Source: Anaeromyxobacteraceae bacterium (lineage in GTDB: Bacteria > Myxococcota > Myxococcia > Myxococcales > Anaeromyxobacteraceae). Taken from it: a DNA stretch of 64,000 nucleotides. The stretch is from NCBI GenBank assembly GCA_035702585.1, contig DASSQI010000002.1, positions 59 through 64,058 of the forward strand, read 5' to 3'. Under the pieces are notes generated by a model. It worked only from the letters and a program-made list of their open reading frames with translations. It made no database searches and was not told where the DNA came from. Below are positions 11,227 to 21,227 of the stretch, piece by piece; within the stretch, counting starts at the first letter, position 1, and every line of letters starts with the position of its first letter. The position numbers were made by a program, and so were the translations under genes.

Positions 11227-11298
11227 CCGCCGCACGAACCGGCGGCGGAGCCGCCCGACGAACCGGCACCGGAGCCGCCGCACGAACCGGCGGCGGAG
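11227..11298. repeat. 3 x 24-bp tandem repeat, intergenic
   Basis: ccgccgcacgaaccggcggcggag / ccgcccgacgaaccggcaccggag / ccgccgcacgaaccggcggcggag; units 1 and 3 identical. Confidence 0.9.
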
Positions 11299-11354
11299 CC
11301 CGCCAGGCGAGCACGTAATTTCCGCTCGCCGCTGGCCGGTGGCACGATGGCGCG

Positions 11355-12269
11355 GTGACAGACGTCTCCGCGCTCGGTCCCGAGCTGCAGCGGTTCGCGC
11401 GCCACCTCGAGACCGAGCGGCGCGCGTCCGCGCACACGCGCAAGGCGTACCTCACCGATCTCTCGCAGTACGCCGCCTACCTCGCCGAGCTGAGCGTCCC
11501 CGCGACGCAGGCGACGCCAGCGGTCGTGCGCGGGTTCATGGCCCGCATAGCCGGCACCTGCGGCGCGACGAGCCTGGGCCGGAAGCTCTCCGCGGTGCGC
11601 ACGTTCCACCGGTTCCTCGTGCGGGAGGGGCTCGCTGCGTCCAATCCGGCGCGCCTCGTCGCCTCGCCGAAGAAGCCGAGGAACCTGCCGCAGGTGCTGC
11701 CCGAGGAGGAGATCGCGGCGCTCGTCGAGGCCCCGGCGCTGGCGAAGCCGCTGCAGCTTCGGGATCGTGCGTTCCTCGAGCTCCTCTACGCGAGCGGACT
11801 CCGCGTCGCCGAGCTCGCCGCGCTCGACGTGGGAGATCTCGAGCTCGGCGCGGGACTCGTCCGCGTGCTCGGCAAGCGCAACAAGGAGCGGGTCGTCCCG
11901 TTCGGACGGAAGGCGCGCGAGGCGCTCCGGCGCTGGCTCGCCGACGGCCGCCCGGCCCTCGTGGCGGGTCCCGACCACGCTCGCGCGGCGAGCGCGCTGT
12001 TCCTCAACTACCGCGGCGGGCGGCTCTCGACGCGGTCCGTGGCGCGCCGGCTGTCGAAGTGGGTGCTCGCGTCGGGGCTCCCGCGTCACGTCCACCCGCA
12101 CGTGCTGCGCCACTGCTTCGCGACCCACCTGCTGTCGAGCGGCGCCGACCTGCGCGCCATCCAGGAGCTGCTCGGTCACGCCTCGCTCTCGACGACGCAG
12201 CGCTACACCCACGTCGACTGGAAGAAGCTCGCCGCCGTCTACGACTCGGCGCACCCCCGGGCGAAGTGA
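11355..12269 (+). CDS. xerC: tyrosine recombinase XerC
   Basis: 304 aa, GTG start; catalytic region HPHVLRHCFATHLL...GHASLSTTQRYTHV; sits immediately upstream of hslVU as in many bacteria. Confidence 0.9.
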   Translation: MTDVSALGPELQRFARHLETERRASAHTRKAYLTDLSQYAAYLAELSVPATQATPAVVRGFMARIAGTCGATSLGRKLSAVRTFHRFLVREGLAASNPARLVASPKKPRNLPQVLPEEEIAALVEAPALAKPLQLRDRAFLELLYASGLRVAELAALDVGDLELGAGLVRVLGKRNKERVVPFGRKAREALRRWLADGRPALVAGPDHARAASALFLNYRGGRLSTRSVARRLSKWVLASGLPRHVHPHVLRHCFATHLLSSGADLRAIQELLGHASLSTTQRYTHVDWKKLAAVYDSAHPRAK

Positions 12270-12295
12270 CGCCGTCGGGCGAAGTGACGCCGTCG
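12260..12295. repeat. 2 x 18-bp tandem duplication spanning the xerC stop codon
   Basis: ggcgaagtgacgccgtcg repeated exactly; first copy contains TGA 12267-12269. Confidence 0.9.
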
Positions 12296-12368
12296 CGCGC
12301 CCCGCGGCCCGGCCTTTCTCGGCAAACGAGGCATGCCCGGAAGGAGCGTCCCGACTAAACCCAGCACC

Positions 12369-12908
12369 ATGTTCCACGGGACTACCGTGCTCTGCGTCCG
12401 GCGCGACGGGAAGACCGTCATGGCCAGCGACGGTCAGGTCACGCTCGACAAGACGGTGATGAAGTCGACCGCGCGGAAGGTGCGGCGGCTCGCGGAGGGG
12501 CAGGTCCTCGCGGGGTTCGCCGGCGCGACCGCGGACGCGTTCCAGCTCTTCGAGCTGTTCGAGAAGAAGCTCAAGGAGCACGCCCGCTCGCTGCCGCGCG
12601 CGTCGGTGGAGCTCGCGAAGCAGTGGCGCACCGATCGCTTCCTGCGCCGCCTCGAGGCGCTGCTCGTCGTCGCCGACTCCGAGCACGTCCTCGTGCTCTC
12701 CGGGGCCGGCGACGTGCTCGAGCCGGACGTCGTGCCAGGAGGCGCCGTCGCCGCGGTCGGCTCCGGCGCGCCGTACGCGCTCGCGGCCTCCCGCGCGCTG
12801 CTCGCTCACTCCGCGCTCTCCGCGCGGCAGGTCGCCGAGGAGTCGATGAAGCTCGCCGCCGAGATCTGCATCTACACGAACGCGAACCTCACCATCGAGG
12901 AGCTCTGA
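12369..12908 (+). CDS. hslV: ATP-dependent protease subunit HslV
   Basis: In ORF 12333-12908; start [15 protein letters not shown] (Thr nucleophile), [10 protein letters not shown], typical length. Confidence 0.9.
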   Translation: MFHGTTVLCVRRDGKTVMASDGQVTLDKTVMKSTARKVRRLAEGQVLAGFAGATADAFQLFELFEKKLKEHARSLPRASVELAKQWRTDRFLRRLEALLVVADSEHVLVLSGAGDVLEPDVVPGGAVAAVGSGAPYALAASRALLAHSALSARQVAEESMKLAAEICIYTNANLTIEEL

Positions 12909-12909
12909 C

Positions 12910-14304
<1,395 letters not shown>

Positions 14305-14312
14305 GCCGCGCG

Positions 14313-14333
14313 GCGCCGGCCCAGGGCCGGCGC
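14313..14333 (+). terminator. GC-rich hairpin after hslU
   Basis: gcgccggcc-cag-ggccggcgc, perfect 9-bp stem 9 nt after stop; no U-tract. Confidence 0.45.
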
Positions 14334-14473
14334 GGCAGCCCACGGGCGTTCCCGCGGCAGCCTGCCCGCCGACCCGGAGCTCTGCCTGCCGCTCCTCGGA
14401 GGACGCACCCGCGCGCGCAGCGCGGTCAGGGCGAGGAGAGGCGTCCTTTGGGGCGACGCCTTACCGTTTGCCC

Positions 14474-15007
14474 ATGAAATCCGCACACGCGTCGGCGACG
14501 CTCGGCGAGCTCGAGATCCCGCTCGAGCGCGACGTCTTCCTGCGGTCCCTGCTGCGCCACCTCGCCGGTGCCATCGAGGACGTGGTCGGCACCGACGAGG
14601 CGTCGGGGTTCATCTCCATCGTCGGCATGCGAATGGGAGAGGAGCTCGGGAATTCCTACCGCGACGCGCTGGGTGTCGCGCGCCTCGACCGCGAGACGCT
14701 GGCAGCCGTCCTCGTCGACCTCAAGCGTCGTATCCAGGGCGACTTCTTCGTGGTGGAGGAGCGGCCCGATCGCATCGTCTTCGGGAACCACCGGTGCCCG
14801 TTCGGGGACAAGGTCATCGGGCGGCCCTCGCTGTGCATGATGACCTCCAACGTGTTCGGCGCCATCGCCGCCGACACCGTCGGGTACGCCAAGGTCGCCA
14901 TCGAGAGCGCCATCGCGAGAGGGGACGCCGGGTGCCGCGTCGTCGTGCATCTCGAGCCGACGGCCGAGTCGGGTGCCGTCGAAGGTCGCGAGTACGTCCG
15001 TCGATGA
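14474..15007 (+). CDS. small ligand-binding-type protein (V4R / methanogen-output-domain-1-like), coupled to the next kinase
   Basis: ORF 14468-15007 (TTG) with ATG at 14474; conserved-looking CPFG and C-MM-SNVFGA segments; stop overlaps kinase start (ATGA at 15004-15007). Family name from memory of similar annotations only. Confidence 0.6.
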   Translation: MKSAHASATLGELEIPLERDVFLRSLLRHLAGAIEDVVGTDEASGFISIVGMRMGEELGNSYRDALGVARLDRETLAAVLVDLKRRIQGDFFVVEERPDRIVFGNHRCPFGDKVIGRPSLCMMTSNVFGAIAADTVGYAKVAIESAIARGDAGCRVVVHLEPTAESGAVEGREYVRR

Positions 15008-16209
15008 ACCCGGTCGTGCAGTGGTTCGCGGTGTTCGGATCGCGCGTTCCGGATCCCTTGCTGCTGCTCGATCCCGCGGGTGTCGTGCTGGGGGCCAACG
15101 CCGCCGTCGGCGGCTGGTTCACGCTGCCGGTCTCCGAGCTCACCGGGCGCAGACTCTCCGAGCTCGTCGCGACGCCTCCGGAGGACCTCGAGCGCCAGCT
15201 GTGGGTATGGTCCGCGACCACGTCCCCGGTCCCAGGGTCGTTCATCGTGCGCGACGGGCGCGAGTCACGGCGCGTGCGCTGTCATGGCGCGCGGCTGCCG
15301 ACGGCGGACGGGTGCGCGGCCGTCCTCGTCAGGATGGCGCGCCCTCCGGAGGTGGATCGCTTCGCCGTGCTGACGCAGCAGATCACTCTACTGAACCGGG
15401 AGATCGCGGAGCGAAAGCACGTCGAGGCGCAGCGCGAGGCGCTCCTGGAAGATCTCTCGGAGACGGTCCGCCTGGCGGAGATGCTCATGGCGATCCTCGG
15501 CCACGATCTGCGCAATCCGCTCGGCGCGATCGTCACCGCGGCGCACCTCGCACGCGTCCGCTCCGGGGACCCGCAGATCCACGGGTACGCGGACCGCATC
15601 CAGCGGAGCGCGGCGCGCATGTCGCGCCTCATCAACCAGCTGCTCGACGTGACGCGGCTCCGCCTCGGGCGCGGGATGCGCGTCGATGCGAGCCCGACCG
15701 ATCTCGGCGCCATCGTCGAGCACGTGGTCGCGGAGGTGACCACCGCCCACCCCGAGCGCCACGTCCTCACCGAGGTGGACGGCGACGCGCTCGGCAGCTG
15801 GGATCGCGATCGGCTCGCGCAGGTCGTCGCGAACCTCATCTCGAACGCCTTCGAGCACGGCGCCCCCGCGTCGCCGGTGAGGATCACCGTGGACGGCTCG
15901 ACGTCGGGCGGCGTGGCGCTCCACGTGTCGAACCAGGGGCCGCCCATCTCGCCGGACCGGCTGCCGCGGCTCTTCGAGCCGTTCGAGCAGGGCGACGGAT
16001 CGCGCGGCTTCGGGCTGGGGCTCTACATCGCGCGGGAGATCGCCCGCGCACACCACGGCGACATCTCGGTGACGTCCGAGTCGGGCGTGACCGTGTTCAC
16101 GCTGCACATCCCGCGCAGCGCGGATGCGCCGGAGGATCAGCGGAGCACGTCCAGCGCCGCGTCGATGTCGCGGAGCGCCGCGAGCGCGCCGCTCGCGATC
16201 GACAGGTGA
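15004..16209 (+). CDS. PAS-domain sensor histidine kinase
   Basis: In ORF 14794-16209; start MNPVVQWFAV; HisKA H-box ILGHDLRNPL, HATPase N-box ISNAFEHG and G-boxes GFGLGLYIAREIARAHHG. Confidence 0.85.
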   Translation: MNPVVQWFAVFGSRVPDPLLLLDPAGVVLGANAAVGGWFTLPVSELTGRRLSELVATPPEDLERQLWVWSATTSPVPGSFIVRDGRESRRVRCHGARLPTADGCAAVLVRMARPPEVDRFAVLTQQITLLNREIAERKHVEAQREALLEDLSETVRLAEMLMAILGHDLRNPLGAIVTAAHLARVRSGDPQIHGYADRIQRSAARMSRLINQLLDVTRLRLGRGMRVDASPTDLGAIVEHVVAEVTTAHPERHVLTEVDGDALGSWDRDRLAQVVANLISNAFEHGAPASPVRITVDGSTSGGVALHVSNQGPPISPDRLPRLFEPFEQGDGSRGFGLGLYIAREIARAHHGDISVTSESGVTVFTLHIPRSADAPEDQRSTSSAASMSRSAASAPLAIDR

Positions 16210-16967
16210 GGCGCGCGGATCTCGGGCTCCCGCGGGTTCACGCGGATCACCGTCGCGCCCGACCTGCCGCCGAGCCGCTCCGAGTGCCACCGGATCGTCG
16301 GGATCGCGCTCCCTGCGCCGAGCTCGATCACCACGAGCCGATCGCCGGCGCGCTCCCTCACCCAGTCGTCGAACCGCGCCTCCTGCGCGTCGGTCCGCGA
16401 CGACAGCCACGCACCGTCGCCGAACATGAGGATGTTGGGCCGAGCCACCGCGACGCAGCGGGGGCACCGCGGGATGCGCCTGGCGCGCATCGTCGAGTCG
16501 TCGACCGCCACGTCCTCCTGGTTCTTCCAGATCGAGCCGCTGCACGGCTCGGTGCACTGCAGGTGATGGATCGAGCCGTGCACCTCCAGTACCTGCTCGG
16601 GGCTGAAGCCCGCCTTCTGGAATTGCCCGTCGACGTTCGAGGTGACGACGAACGACGGCAGCCGCAGCCGGTCGATCCAGCCGAGGAGGATCGAGAACCC
16701 TTCGTGCGGAGCCGTCCGCCGGTACAGGTTCGCGCGGTGTCCGTAGAACCCCCAGCCGAACGCCGGATCGCCTTCGAAATGCACGGGATTCGCAGCATCC
16801 ATGAAGGAGATCCCGAGCCGCTCGTACGGCGGGTAGGCCTTCCAGAACCCTTGATCACCGCGGAAATCGGGCAACCCCGAGTCGACGCCCATCCCGGCGC
16901 CCGCGCTGACGACGAGCGCGGAGGCGGATCGCAGGGCGGCGGCGGCGCGAGCGGGCACGTCGGTCAT
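16137..16967 (-). CDS. SIR2-family NAD-dependent protein deacylase (sirtuin)
   Basis: In ORF 16137-17330; start MTDVPARAAAAL; GAGMGVDSGLPDFRG, catalytic EVHGSIHHLQC, Zn ribbon C..C...CPRC; 3' end overlaps the convergent kinase gene by 73 bp. Confidence 0.85.
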   Translation of the reverse strand: MTDVPARAAAALRSASALVVSAGAGMGVDSGLPDFRGDQGFWKAYPPYERLGISFMDAANPVHFEGDPAFGWGFYGHRANLYRRTAPHEGFSILLGWIDRLRLPSFVVTSNVDGQFQKAGFSPEQVLEVHGSIHHLQCTEPCSGSIWKNQEDVAVDDSTMRARRIPRCPRCVAVARPNILMFGDGAWLSSRTDAQEARFDDWVRERAGDRLVVIELGAGSAIPTIRWHSERLGGRSGATVIRVNPREPEIRAPHLSIASGALAALRDIDAALDVLR

Positions 16968-17000
16968 GGACGCCTTGTAGCGCGGTCGCACCCCGCCCGG

Positions 17001-17052
17001 CGACGCCTGCGCCGGAGCACGCCCGGGGACGCCTGCGCCGGAGCACGCCCGG
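17001..17052. repeat. 2 x 26-bp tandem repeat in sirtuin/mgtC divergent intergenic region
   Basis: gacgcctgcgccggagcacgcccgg occurs twice (17002-17026, 17028-17052) separated by one g. Confidence 0.85.
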
Positions 17053-17247
17053 CGCGAAGGATCCCGCGCGCAGCGGGCGCGAGGTGGATCCGGCGCGATC
17101 CGGCGACCTCGGCGCCGACGCCTGGTGGGGTGGATCCAGTGCCGCGCAGGCGCGGAAGGGCCGATAATCGTGGCAGCCGCGGAAGCTGCTGGCGGGCGGA
17201 CCATGACGGTCCTGCACGCCGGCGGATCGCGGCACGGGAGGCAGCGG

Positions 17248-17940
17248 ATGCACGTCTCGCTCGCGGAGGTCGCCTGGCACATGCTGGCCGCGCTCGCGGC
17301 CGGCGCCGTGATCGGCACCGAGCGCAGCATCCACGGCCGGGCGGCGGGATTCCGGACTCACACCCTCGTGTGCATGTCCGCGAGCCTGCTCATGCTCATC
17401 ACCGTGTTCGAGAGTCAGTGGGTGCCCGCCACGAGCGGCGACTCGGTCCGGATCGATCCCACGCGCATGGCGCAGGGCATCATGACGGGCATCGGCTTCC
17501 TCGGCGCCGGCGTCATCTTCAAGGAGGGGATCACCGTCCGCGGCCTCACGACGGCCGCGTCGATCTGGACGACGTCGGCGATCGGCATCCTCATGGGCAC
17601 CGGGCTCTACGCAGCCGGGACGCTCGCGACCGTGCTGACGCTGGGCGTGCTCTCGATCTTCCGGCTCATCGAGCTCCGCTTCCCGACCCAGCTGTACGCG
17701 CGGCACATGCTGCGGTTCCAGCGCGGCGAAGCGATGACGGAGGCGGAGATCCGCGCGCTCCTCACGAAGCACGGCTTCAAGATCTCCGACCTGAGCTACG
17801 CGGTCCTCGACAGCGAGCAGGCGTTCGAATACCGCATGGCGATCAGCACGCTGCGCGGCGAGAACATGGCGCGCCTCGCTGACACGCTGCAGTCGCTCCC
17901 GCGAGTCCGCGCGTTCTCGATCTCGCCGTCGGGGGACTAG
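17248..17940 (+). CDS. mgtC: MgtC/SapB family membrane protein
   Basis: In ORF 17125-17940; start MHVSLAEV after gggagg; GTERSIHGRAAGFRTH, MAQGIMTGIGFLGAGVIFKEG, GLTTAASIWTTSAIG. Confidence 0.85.
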   Translation: MHVSLAEVAWHMLAALAAGAVIGTERSIHGRAAGFRTHTLVCMSASLLMLITVFESQWVPATSGDSVRIDPTRMAQGIMTGIGFLGAGVIFKEGITVRGLTTAASIWTTSAIGILMGTGLYAAGTLATVLTLGVLSIFRLIELRFPTQLYARHMLRFQRGEAMTEAEIRALLTKHGFKISDLSYAVLDSEQAFEYRMAISTLRGENMARLADTLQSLPRVRAFSISPSGD

Positions 17941-18014
17941 CGGCGTCGTCGGGGGACCAGCGCGGGAGCCGTTCGAGCGGGGCTTGCCTGCGGCTCACGT
18001 GATATAACGCCCCG

Positions 18015-19220
18015 ATGCCCAGCCACACCGAGGCGTGGATGGACCGCGCGAAGCGCGTCCTGACCCCGAACTATCGACAGCAGCCGCTCGCGCTCGTCCG
18101 AGGCGAGGGCGTCCGCGTCTGGGACGCCGACGGCAACGAGTACTTCGACCTCCTCTGCGGCGTCGCGGTGAACGCGCTCGGCCACTGCCACCCGGCGCTG
18201 GTCCGCGCGATCGAGGAGCAGGCGCGCACGCTGTGGCACGTGTCGAACCACTACTTCATCCCTCGCCAGATCGAGCTCGCCGAGGCGCTGCTCGAGGCGA
18301 CTCCGTTCGCGAAGCGCGTCTTCTTCTGCAACAGCGGCGCCGAGGCGAACGAGGCGATGCTGAAGCTGGCGCGCAGGTACCACTCCGATCGCGGCGAGCC
18401 CCAGCGCAACGAGATCATCGCGACCCACAACTCCTTCCACGGCCGCTCGCTGTTCACCCTGAGCTGCACCGGCCAGCCGAAGTACCAGCACGGCTTCGAG
18501 CCGCTCGTCCCCGGCGTCCTGCACGTGCCGTACGGCGACGCCGCGGCGCTCGAGGCGGCGCTCTCGGAGCGCACCGCCGGCTTCATCGTCGAGCCGATCC
18601 AGGGCGAGTCCGGCGTCCTGCCCGCGCCCGAGGGCTATCTCGCCAGGGCGCGCGAGCTGACCCGCGAGGCCGGCGCCCTGCTGCTCGTCGACGAGATCCA
18701 GACCGGCATGGGCCGCACCGGCCGGATGTGGGCGCACGAGTGGGAGGGCATCGAGCCCGACCTGATGTCCTCCGCGAAGGCGCTCGGCAACGGCTTCCCG
18801 ATCGGCGCGCTCCTCGCGTCCGAGGAGGTCGGCACGCACCTCTCGTCCGGGACTCACGGCAGCACGTTCGGCGGCAACACGCTGGGCTGCGCCGTCGCGC
18901 TCGCCTCGCTGCGCGAGATCCGCGCCGCGCTCCCGCACTCGCGAGAGATCTCGGAGCGACTGTTCAAGGCCCTCGGCGCGCTCCAGGCGGGCGGGCGCGT
19001 CGCCGGCGTCCGCGGCCGTGGAATGCTCATCGGCGTCCGCGTGCAGGGGGTCGACGCAGCCGAGGTCATGCGCGCGGCGCGCGCGCGCGGGCTGCTCGTG
19101 AACGCGATCGGCTCCGACGTGATCCGCCTCGCGCCGCCGCTCACCCTCACCGCCGACGAGGCCGACGAGGCGGTGAAGCGCTTCGCGGCCGCACTCGCCG
19201 CTGCTCCTGCGAAGGGGTGA
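18015..19220 (+). CDS. argD: acetylornithine aminotransferase
   Basis: 401 aa; class III aminotransferase motifs FFCNSGAEANEAMLKLAR, LLLVDEIQTGMGRTG, SSAKALGNGFPIGA. Confidence 0.9.
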   Translation: MPSHTEAWMDRAKRVLTPNYRQQPLALVRGEGVRVWDADGNEYFDLLCGVAVNALGHCHPALVRAIEEQARTLWHVSNHYFIPRQIELAEALLEATPFAKRVFFCNSGAEANEAMLKLARRYHSDRGEPQRNEIIATHNSFHGRSLFTLSCTGQPKYQHGFEPLVPGVLHVPYGDAAALEAALSERTAGFIVEPIQGESGVLPAPEGYLARARELTREAGALLLVDEIQTGMGRTGRMWAHEWEGIEPDLMSSAKALGNGFPIGALLASEEVGTHLSSGTHGSTFGGNTLGCAVALASLREIRAALPHSREISERLFKALGALQAGGRVAGVRGRGMLIGVRVQGVDAAEVMRAARARGLLVNAIGSDVIRLAPPLTLTADEADEAVKRFAAALAAAPAKG

Positions 19221-19225
19221 TCGCC

Positions 19226-20155
19226 ATGGCCACCGCCGATCGTCGCAAGCGCGACTTCCTGCGCGTCACCGACCTCTCCCGCGAGGACCTGCTCGCGCTG
19301 CTCGAGCGCGCCGCCGAGTGGAAGCTGCTCGGCAAGGACGGGCCGCGCCCGCTGGAGCGGCAGACGATCGGCCTCGTCTTCGAGAAGGCCTCCACCCGCA
19401 CGCGCGTGTCGTTCCACGTCGCCGCCTGCCAGCTCGGAGGCGACGCGATGATGCTGTCGCCGCGTGACACGCAGCTCGGCCGCGGCGAGCCGATCCGCGA
19501 TACGGCGCGCGTGCTGGGCCGCTACCTCGACGCGCTCGTCGTGCGCACCTTCGAGCACTCGAAGCTCGAGGAGATGGCGCACTACGCCGGCGTGCCCGTC
19601 GTGAACGCGCTCACCGACTCGTCGCACCCGTGCCAGCTCCTCGCCGATCTGCTCACGGTCAGCGAACGGTTCGGCGCGGACTCGCTCACGCGGGGCGACC
19701 TCGACATCGCCTGGGTGGGCGACGGTAACAACATGGCGAACAGCTGGATCGAGTCGGCGCTCGTGCTCGGCTTCAGCCTCCGGATCGCGTGCCCCAAGGG
19801 CTACGATCCGGACCCGCAGCTCGTGGCGAAGGCGGGCGGCAAGGTCCGCATCGTGCGGAGCCCGGCGGAGGCCGTCTCCGGCGCGCTCGTCGTGAACACG
19901 GACGTGTGGGCCAGCATGGGTCAGGAGGCCGAGGCCGAGGCGCGGCGCAGGGCCTTCAGCGGCTTCATCGTGGACCGCGACCTGCTGGCGAAGGCCGATC
20001 CGCGCGCGATCGTCCTCCACTGCCTGCCTGCTCACCGCGGCGAGGAGATCTCGGAAGAGGTCCTCGAGGGCCCCCAGTCGGCGGTGTTCGATCAGGCGGA
20101 GAACAGGCTCCACGCGCAGAAGGCGCTCCTCGAGCTGCTCATGGCCGAGCGGTGA
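19226..20155 (+). CDS. argF: ornithine carbamoyltransferase
   Basis: In frame in ORF 18035-20155; start MATADRRKRDFL; FEKASTRTRVSF, DSSHPCQLLADL, HCLPAHRGEE. Confidence 0.92.
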   Translation: MATADRRKRDFLRVTDLSREDLLALLERAAEWKLLGKDGPRPLERQTIGLVFEKASTRTRVSFHVAACQLGGDAMMLSPRDTQLGRGEPIRDTARVLGRYLDALVVRTFEHSKLEEMAHYAGVPVVNALTDSSHPCQLLADLLTVSERFGADSLTRGDLDIAWVGDGNNMANSWIESALVLGFSLRIACPKGYDPDPQLVAKAGGKVRIVRSPAEAVSGALVVNTDVWASMGQEAEAEARRRAFSGFIVDRDLLAKADPRAIVLHCLPAHRGEEISEEVLEGPQSAVFDQAENRLHAQKALLELLMAER

Positions 20156-20255
20156 TGCTGCGCGCGCGCCGAGGTGCACGGCGGCGCGCGCCGGGCCCCT
20201 GCCGCGGCGTTGAAGGAAGCTCCGGAGGCCTGTAATCTCGGGAGGATTCCACGGG

Positions 20256-21227
20256 GTGTCCTTGTCCGTCCGGCCCAACGATGAACCCGCCCTCGATCCC
20301 GCGGCGCTGGCGGAGGACGTCGATCTCGCGCTCGAGGTGCGACGCGAGATCCTGCTCCTCGACGCGCGCCTGGAGCGGATGACGCACCACGAGCTGCTCG
20401 GCGTCGGGCGGCGCGCCACCGCCGAGGAAGCGCGGGCCGCCTACCTCGAGCGCGTGAAGCGCTACCACCCGGATCGTCACGCCGGGAAGCGGCTCGGGAC
20501 GTTTCGCGCCCGGCTCGACCGGATCACCCGCCGGCTGACCGAGGCCCGCGAGGTGCTGTCGAATCCGGAGCGCCGGGCCGAGTACGAGCGCAACACCGCC
20601 ACCCCCGACGACGTCGTCCGCATCGAGGTGCGCCGCCTCGAGGACGAGCTCCGCGCCGAGGAGCGCCGCTCCAGGCTCGGTCGCACGAATCCGCTGCTCG
20701 CGCGCACCACGCGCGTGGCCGAGCTGGTGAAGCGCGGCAAGGACGAGCTCGCCGCCGGGAAGCCGGACCGGGCCGCGAACGACTTCGCGACGGCGCTCGC
20801 GCTCGACCCGCGACACGTCGAGGCGCGGGTGCTCGGCGAGGAGGCGCGTCGCAGGGCCGCCTCGTTCCGGGCCGAGAGCGCGTGGACGGAGGGCCTGGCG
20901 GCGGAGGCATCCGGGCGTGACGGGCTCGCGCTCGAGCGCTTCCGGCAGGTCCTCGAGGGCAATCCGTCCCACCCGCGCGCGGCGCTCGCGGCCACGCGTG
21001 CGGCGCTGAGGCTCGGGCGCGTCGGTGAGGCGCGCGAGCTCGCGCAGGCGGCGGTACGCGCGTCACCCAGGACAGCCGCGGCGCACGCGGCGCTCGGCGA
21101 GGCCCTCGCCGCCGCGGGCGAGAAGGGCGACGCGAAGAAGGCGCTGGAGCGCGCGCTCGAGATCGATCCCCGGCTCGACGACGCGAAGGTCCTGCTGCGG
21201 AAGCTCCGCTGGAGCCTGTTCGGATGA
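20256..21227 (+). CDS. J-domain protein with C-terminal TPR repeats
   Basis: 323 aa, GTG start; J domain HHELLGV...AYLERVKRYHPDRH (HPD motif); TPR-like Ala-rich repeats. Confidence 0.8.
   Translation: MSLSVRPNDEPALDPAALAEDVDLALEVRREILLLDARLERMTHHELLGVGRRATAEEARAAYLERVKRYHPDRHAGKRLGTFRARLDRITRRLTEAREVLSNPERRAEYERNTATPDDVVRIEVRRLEDELRAEERRSRLGRTNPLLARTTRVAELVKRGKDELAAGKPDRAANDFATALALDPRHVEARVLGEEARRRAASFRAESAWTEGLAAEASGRDGLALERFRQVLEGNPSHPRAALAATRAALRLGRVGEARELAQAAVRASPRTAAAHAALGEALAAAGEKGDAKKALERALEIDPRLDDAKVLLRKLRWSLFG

Noticed and set aside
11355-12269. Tyrosine recombinase as the integrase of a mobile element
   Set aside because: It sits in the conserved trmFO-xerC-hslVU context and has XerC-like length and motifs. 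It has no flanking att-like repeats apart from a trivial 18-bp duplication at its stop.
16137-16967. SIR2-domain protein as a Thoeris/DSR/SIR2-HerA type defence effector
   Set aside because: It has the compact canonical sirtuin layout: a Rossmann motif, the catalytic His in HG, and a four-Cys zinc ribbon. It has no fused sensor, TIR, helicase or pAgo partner, and it sits among core genes.
17941-18014. tataac 7 nt upstream of the argD ATG as evidence for a leaderless arg operon transcript or an ArgR box
   Set aside because: No -35 element lies at a workable spacing, and no palindromic ARG-box-like repeat could be discerned. This is too speculative to list as a feature.
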